From Felis catus (taxonomy: Eukaryota), in contig NC_058368.1 in NCBI RefSeq assembly GCF_018350175.1, forward strand, positions 234,424,001 to 234,488,000: a stretch of 64,000 nucleotides of DNA. The letters run 5' to 3'. Positions 57,429 to 64,000 of the stretch are shown here, piece by piece (positions within the stretch are counted from its first letter, which is position 1; each line of letters opens with the position of its first letter). A model generated the notes under the pieces. That model was not told where the DNA came from and did no database searches. It saw nothing but the letters and a program-made list of their open reading frames with translations. The translations under genes were made by a program, and so were the position numbers.

Positions 57429-58385
57429 AATTGCACATCTTCAGCAAGTCATAACACTTACTGGTTTATAGGGAACATTCGCTGAAAGTTTGTAATACAA
57501 CAGGTACCTTGCTAAAAATTTCACTCTCAAATATTCGTGGTGGTTCAATTATGTCCCTGTTTACACATGACAGACCAAGGTTTGTGGAAGTTAGCAGTTT
57601 ACCTAAAGGAATGACACTGGATTCAAAAGACCACGTGGTCCTGACCGGTGTCCGAGTCCCTCCACGGAGACCAGGCACCCGGGCAAACGGGACTTCTGGG
57701 GAGGCGGAGGCAGGAGCACGTTCCTGGGGACAGCGAGGCAGGACCCCAGACAAGGGACAGCACCTGAATTCCCAGGTCCTACGTCCACACCGGCTTGACT
57801 TCGTTGACTTCTCCATGTCTGTGAAAGTCCCACACAAAACCCCCGCACCCCAGACACTAGAGCTAACAGGAGCGAACTTCTCCTTGCAACAGAAAGGCCT
57901 TAAATAAAATCGGTGATTACGTAACGATCTCTTATTATATTTTGTATTTATTCTTTTCTTTTTGCATAAGCAATTTTTATGCATTTCAAACAAGCTAGGG
58001 GGAAAAACCCATAGAAGCAAACTAAAAACAATTCCTGCTTTCAACATAAATCAGCGGACGTGTGTATTTGCTGCTTTTTCTATGCAACTTTTTTCTGTAC
58101 CTAAATATTTTCTGAAAATGTTATAACACCTACTGTTTTGTCGTGTGCGTGAACTGTAGATCACTAGCAACTTTTAGAACTTTCTTTGGGGGGCTGCAGA
58201 GATTTCGTCAGATAAACGAGCCACAGTTTATCTGACTATGTGTTGTTGAGTGTCTGTTGTGATCAGCACCCTCGTTAGCATGCAAAATATGCCAGCATTT
58301 GGCCGATACTGGGTGGAATATTGATTGACCCATTAATAGGATGGACATCTGTGGGAACGCTTCATGTAAAGAAAATTCAGATTCT

Positions 58386-58614
58386 GGGGCACCTGGGTGG
58401 CGCAGTCGGTTAAGCATCCGACTTCAGCCAGGTCATGATCTGGTGGTCCGTGAGTTCGAGCCCCGCGTCAGGCTCTGGGCTGATGGCTCAGAACCTGGAG
58501 CCTGTTTCCGATTCTGTGTCTCCCTCTCTCTCTGCCCCTCCCCCGTTCATGCTCTGTCTCTCCCTGTCCCCCCAAAAAATAAATAAACGTTGAAAAAAAA
58601 TATTAAAAAAAAAA
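58386..58614 (+). mobile_element. Young SINEC_Fc-like SINE
   Basis: Perfect TSD AAAGAAAATTCAGATTCTG at 58368 and 58615. Confidence 0.93.
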
Positions 58615-58750
58615 AAAGAAAATTCAGATTCTGACGTGCCACTATTTCAAATTCTGGCTGCAGATTAGACTCACTTGTGGGGCTTTTAGTAACTACTGGT
58701 CCCAACCTAGGAGATTGGAATTTAATTGGCCCGAGTGTGCCCATCATAGG

Positions 58751-58756
58751 TCTTTC

Positions 58757-58816
<60 letters not shown>

Positions 58817-58824
58817 TTTTCTCT

Positions 58825-58882
<58 letters not shown>

Positions 58883-59210
58883 TCCTTTCTTTCTTCCTCA
58901 TTTCTCTTTCTTTTTTTCTTCTTTCTTTCTTTCTTTCTTTCTTCCTTTCTCCTTTCTTTTTCTTTCTTTCTTTCTTTCCTCCCTCTCTCCCTCCCTCCCT
59001 CCCTTCCTTCCTCCCTCCTTTCTTCCTGCCTCCCTCCCTTCCTTCCTTCCTTCCCTTCCTTCCTTCCTCCCTCCCACTCCCTCCCTCCTCTCTTCCTTTT
59101 CTTTTTCTTTCTTTCTTTCTTCCTTCCTTCCTTCCTTCCACCTTTCCTTTCCTTTCCTTTCCTTTCCTTTCCTTTCCTTTCCTTTCCTTTCCTTTCCTTT
59201 CCTTTCCTTC
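58751..59210. repeat. ~460-bp compound polypyrimidine microsatellite (TTTC)n-(CCTT)n-(CCTTT)n
   Basis: Direct reading; almost no purines on plus. Confidence 0.97.
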
Positions 59211-59444
59211 ATTTTGTTGTTTGTTTTATAAAGCTCTTTCTAATTTGCAGCCAGGCTAGAGACACTGGAATAGGCAGCTGTTTTTCGTTTGTTTGTTTGT
59301 TTGTTTGTTTTGCTTTAATTAAAAATTTTAAACATATTTTTTTCATCAGCAACTCCATGAGCACTGACTGATAACATAGGCAGTTTTTATAAAACAGTTG
59401 CATGTTCATATCTTAATAACTTGTGAAATGCTTCTCTTCTTTTT

Positions 59445-59655
59445 ATCTTTTTTTTTTTAATGTCTATTTATTTTTGAGAGAGAGAGACAGTGTGAACAGG
59501 GGAGGGACAGAGAGAGAGGGAGACAGAATCCAAAGCAGGCTCCAGGTTCTGAGCTGTCAGCACAGAGCCCGACACGGGCCTCGAACTCATGAACCGTGAG
59601 ATCATGACCTGAGCTGAAGTCTGACATTCAACCGACTGAGCCACCCAGGCGTCCC
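59445..59655 (-). mobile_element. CAN-SINE
   Basis: Full body; degenerate TSD GCT(T/C)CT(C/G)TTCTTTT. Confidence 0.9.
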
Positions 59656-59737
59656 AGCTCCTGTTCTTTTTAAACTCCTCCCCATCTTACTTACTGAGAT
59701 GGCCAGGTTAACTTGAGGAGGTCAATCAGTGGAGACA

Positions 59738-59875
59738 AAATTTATTTGAGAGGGGTCCCTGGGTGGCTCAAGGGGTTAGGCGTCCTACTCTTGACTTTAG
59801 CTCAGGTTTTGATCTCATGGTTCATGAGTCTGATCCCCACATCAGGCTCCGCACTGTCAGAGAGTGCAGGGGAGT

Positions 59876-59919
<44 letters not shown>

Positions 59920-60053
59920 GAGAACCCCACAACAGGCTTCTTGCTGTCAGTGCAGAGCGTGATGTGGGGCTCAGACTCATGAACCATGAGATCATGACCT
60001 GAGCCCAAATCGAGAGTCTGATGCTTATCGGGCTGAGCCACCCAGGCACCCCC
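59738..60053 (-). mobile_element. CAN-SINE containing an inverted SINE head (plus, 59752-59860)
   Basis: Arms 59752-59860 and 59944-60053 are reverse complements. Confidence 0.88.
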
Positions 60054-60059
60054 AAGCCA

Positions 60060-61400
60060 TGACTATTCTAAAGAAGAAGGGGAGGAGGATTTGCCTAGCA
60101 GACACCTCGTCTTATCATACATAGCAGTAAGTAGTAATAAGGCAGTGTGCTTTTGGACTAAGCATAACAAATCAACCAATGGGATGTAATGAAGAACCAC
60201 AGGTGCACGACCAGTTGGTACATGACAGAAATGAGATGGAACATCATTGGCTGAAGGGGAGACTGCTCAGTAAATGGAGCAGAAGAATTTGGTTTTCCTT
60301 TGTTCATATAGAAGACGGTAAAGTGGGATTTCCCACCTCACATCATACCAAAAATTTAACGGTTCTTTGAGCTTCCACAAATTAATAAGAAAAGACAACT
60401 GCATTTTTAAGAATGAGTGAAAGACAGGAACAGGCAATTCAAAGATGAGGAAGTATGTGGAACCAATAGGCGAAGAGGAGATGATAAACTTCACTAGAAA
60501 TCAGAGGCATATGAGTCACACAATGATCTGCGATTATACACCCTTGTTTGGTTAGCAAGATAATTAAGTCTGATTCTTGAAGTCCAAGTGTTGGAGAGGA
60601 AGTGGACTAAGATGATATTTTGTTCCCGTGGTGACTCTGTTTTACACCTGAAACAATGTAACATTGTGTGTCAACTATACTCAAATAAAAAAGGTTTTAA
60701 ACATTATATTTTTGTGGGAGTGCAAGTTGTTACAACCACTTTGGAAATCACTCTTGTAAATTGGAACATTAGCACACCTAATGGAATCTGGCAATTCCAT
60801 TTCTAGGTATCTAGCTAAGACAAACACAGATGCATGTAAGAAGTTATGAACGAGAACATGCGTAGCAGGGCTATTTGTAAAACAAAACTGGGAACATCCC
60901 AATGCCTATAAAAATTGGGGTCTATCCCCACAAGACAGTCCTCTATAGCAGTGAAAAGAAATGAACTGCAGTCACTGCCTCATTAAGAACATGGATAAGA
61001 GGGGCACCTGGGTGGCTCAGTTGGTCGAGCATCCAACTCTTGATTTGGGTTTAGTACATGATCTCACCATTCGTGGGATTGAGCCCCACGTTGGGCTCTG
61101 TGCTGACAGTGTGGAGCCTGCTTGGGATTCTCTCTCTCCCCCTCTCTCACCTCTTTCTCTCAAAATAAATTAAAAAGAAAAAAAGAACATGAATGAGAAA
61201 GCAAATCCTGAAAGGCTTTCTATAGTATGAGATCTTTTTTATACAGTATTTTTTGAGATTCTTTTTATATTATGTGGTCTTAAAAATGTACAGCTGAATA
61301 AAATATGTTTAGGCCTCCATATGTATGTTATAACAGATTTTTCTTAAAGAAACGGTGAACCCCAGGTTCAAGGTGGGGGCTGCCTCTGGGGAGAGGCAGA
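60060..61400 (+). mobile_element. Ancient L1 (L1ME-like) fragments with an inserted CAN-SINE at 61001-61183
   Basis: L1-like phrases (ACAACCACTTTGGAAA; GCAATTCCATTTCTAGGTAT); SINE TSD AAGAACATG(G/A)AT(A/G)AGA. Confidence 0.7.
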
Positions 61401-61587
61401 GTGGTAATGAGAAGCATGCACGTGGAGGTATTTGTTATCTGCGGTGTCCTCAGCCTTGGGTTGGATGCTGAGTACAGAGGAGGGATGGTGGGACACAACA
61501 ATCCAGGCCATGCGTGGACCAGTGCTGATATTGGAACCCAAATCTAGGTTCATGCACAGAACCCAATTCTGTGCCTCTGAGGTCCAA

Positions 61588-61768
61588 TTTTTTTTTAGGT
61601 TTATGTATTTATTTTGAGAGAGACAGAGAGAAAGAGAGAGAGAATCCCAAGCAGACTCCACACCCGGCATACAGCCTGACTCAGAGCTCAAAGTCACAAA
61701 CCGTGAGATCATGACCTGAGCCAAAATCGAGAGTTGGACGCTCAGCCAGCTGAGCCACCCAGGCGCCC
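61588..61768 (-). mobile_element. Older CAN-SINE
   Basis: Full body; TSD TGAGGTCCA. Confidence 0.9.
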
Positions 61769-64000
61769 ATGAGGTCCAGTTTTTTTTTTTTGAAAAGGAG
61801 AAAATGAATCTTACTTGAATTGAGCTACTACACTTGTCAGGAAGCGCAGGAACAAATGCACTGTTTACAAATCTGGTGGGTTGGTCTGTTTCCAAATCTA
61901 CCTTCTAAGATGGACAGATGTGGTTGATCAAAGAGTGTGTCATGAACGACGGACAGGTCTGGAGACAGGACGTGATAAACATCTCCCAGACAATATTGGT
62001 CATCCCCACCCCGTAAATGCTCACTGTGTTCTGGGCTGCTTGAGGATCCAGGTACAGAGTCGGCATGGAGCCACCAGGAAGCTGTCAGCAGCTTCCTCCG
62101 GAAATGTTTGGGTTTTGTCTTTCTGGCTCCGGGAAGTGGCATCGTGTTCCTGGGGGCTCGTGTGCGCGTGGTCCAGAGCCTGTGCTCTGTAAACACTCGC
62201 TGTTGGGGGAAGTCCCAGCTGACATGCAGTGAGCTTCCTTCCAGCCACCGAACTGCCCCTTGCCAAGTTCTCTGCTCTTGGCCAACACACTCTGACCCTC
62301 TTTAAGCAGTGCGGGGTGACCGACTTTTTGTGGAGAAGCACTGACCCGCTTGGCGTCGGGGGGTCTTGTCCGCAGCGATTCTGCCCATCTCCTTCCTTCG
62401 TGTTGCTGCTTTTCTCCCATGCCTCAGTCTAACTTCTGTCCTTGGCTGAAGTTATTCAGTGATCAATTATTGAAGCAACCTGTCCGTGCTCAAACACCGG
62501 GTCTGTGAGCAAACAGTTTTATGTTGCTCAAAGAGAGAGCCTGGCAGAAAATACTGTATTAATGAGCAAGCTGAACAGATTCACGGAAGTATTTAGTATG
62601 TGTAGCCTTGAGGGCATGCATGGCAAATGGACTTTTTAAAATTTAAAGACCCCTTAAATGATCCAGCTGCCTTCTGCCCAGGCACACGAGGTGGGTGATG
62701 CCTACTGGTATCTCTCAAAAGAGATTCAAAGGGACAAAAGAGAGGACTGAGGTTTTGCTAAAAAGTACGACTTGTTTGTGTTTAAGTGGGGTAGCTCAGC
62801 GCGCTTGCTCTAAGACGGCCAGGGGATGAGCTGTTACTACAATTCCAGAATCCCTTCCTGGCTGGCTATTTGTTGTACTTACTATCGCTGAATGTCTCAT
62901 CCTCCTAAAGTGAAAACAGCGGTTTTATTTATTCACGCTATTGCCCCTCTCTTCCCCTTCCTTCAGGGGCTTGGCTGGGCTCTGCAGGGTGGTTTTTGGG
63001 GGATGTTGCGTGACTGCACTCGGGGGGCGATTGGGGCGGGTGTCTACTAGCTGGTGGTCGATGCCAGCTTGGATCTCGGGGGTTGGGGGCGGGCTGTCGG
63101 CCAGAACACTTCCCTGCGGCCCCTCCAGGTGGCCCAGGCTTCCCCCAGCATGGCGGCTGGGTAGGACTAAGTCCCAAGACACGGAATTGAGAAGCTTCTC
63201 TTCTCGGGCCCTGGGCTGGACAGAAGCGGCACCAGGGGTCATGCTGGGCTCCAGGGTGTGAACACACAGAGGAGGACCCATTTGCACAGGGGCTTGAGTT
63301 GGGGAAGGGTTTCAGAGGGAAGGGGCAGACAGCGGGGACAGGGGGACGCCTTCCATCGGCTGAGTGCCCTGAATGCTGGCGCTGGGGTCGGGAAGCACGA
63401 GCAAAGCCGGAAATGGAGCTGGCTTCTGTCCCCCATCCTCTCCCTTCCCACATCTGGGGACGGTGCCTCCTGGCCGGGCCAGCCATGGTGCAACAGAGCT
63501 GGTCCACGTGGCTGGCAGCTGGCAGCAGGGGCTGACCCTTGCAGAGAGATCCCATGGCAGGAGGGCGGGGGGGGGGGGCTGCCATGGCTCAGCCTGGGCG
63601 GGGGTCAGCTGCAGCCCCAACTCTCCCTCTCGAGGCTGGCTCGCAGGTGCCTTCCTCCTGGCATCTGCACCCCACACGGGGAGTCTGGAGGCCCCCAGAT
63701 CAACATTGAAAATGGTCAATTAGATCCAGGAGCCAAAGGGAAGGTAACAGACATTGGTGTTGGTGGCAGCGCAAGGACAGAAGGAGGGCGGGCTCCCAGG
63801 GCTCCCTTCCTCCCCAGGCTCAGGAGCTCAGGGGCTCAGGGGCTCACTGGCTGCCATGGCTCTTGGGAGCTCCAGGCAGGGGGAGGGGGAGACACTGGGG
63901 GAGAGGGAAGCAGGGCGGAGAAGTACAGGGGCGGGGTGCTGGGCGGAGTGGAGAGCAGGGCGCCAGCGAGGAGGTGAGTGCAGGCGCCTGAGCTGGGGAT

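Noticed and set aside
58677..59371. Phe/Leu/Ser-rich and Lys/Glu/Arg-rich ORFs
   Set aside because: Translations of the (TTTC)n microsatellite
62085..62420. Minus-strand ORF containing RELGKGQFG, like a kinase glycine-rich loop
   Set aside because: No following Val, VAIK, HRD or DFG motifs and no clear exon structure; probably chance (tblastn or HMMER would settle it)
62788..62830. GGGGTAGCTCAGCGCGCTTGC resembling a tRNA 5' end
   Set aside because: No T-loop/B-box or cloverleaf can be built

Overview
Felid (cat-family) genomic DNA, judged from abundant SINEC_Fc-type CAN-SINEs and a carnivore L1; it is not prokaryotic. A CpG island at ~5.3-7.1 kb holds a head-to-head gene pair: SRD5A1 exon 1 on the minus strand (intron 1 runs off the left edge) and a complete 19-exon NSUN2 RNA m5C methyltransferase gene on the plus strand. 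I traced the NSUN2 CDS from 6397 to 34541 through GT-AG junctions with consistent phases: 2250 nt, 749 aa, both catalytic cysteine motifs intact. The remaining ~29 kb has no supportable protein-coding gene and consists of SINEs, a 5'-truncated L1, old L1/MIR/MER/MLT fragments and microsatellites. I found no new multi-gene system. The best leads are a CCATGG palindrome giving an overlapping uORF for SRD5A1 and an in-frame upstream ATG for NSUN2, a stop-free in-frame NSUN2 intron 1, inverted SINEs around frame-preserving exon blocks (possible stop-less circRNA), a 43-bp CpG-rich VNTR, and several unusual nested-repeat structures. Human comparisons and repeat-family names are from memory and need checking.
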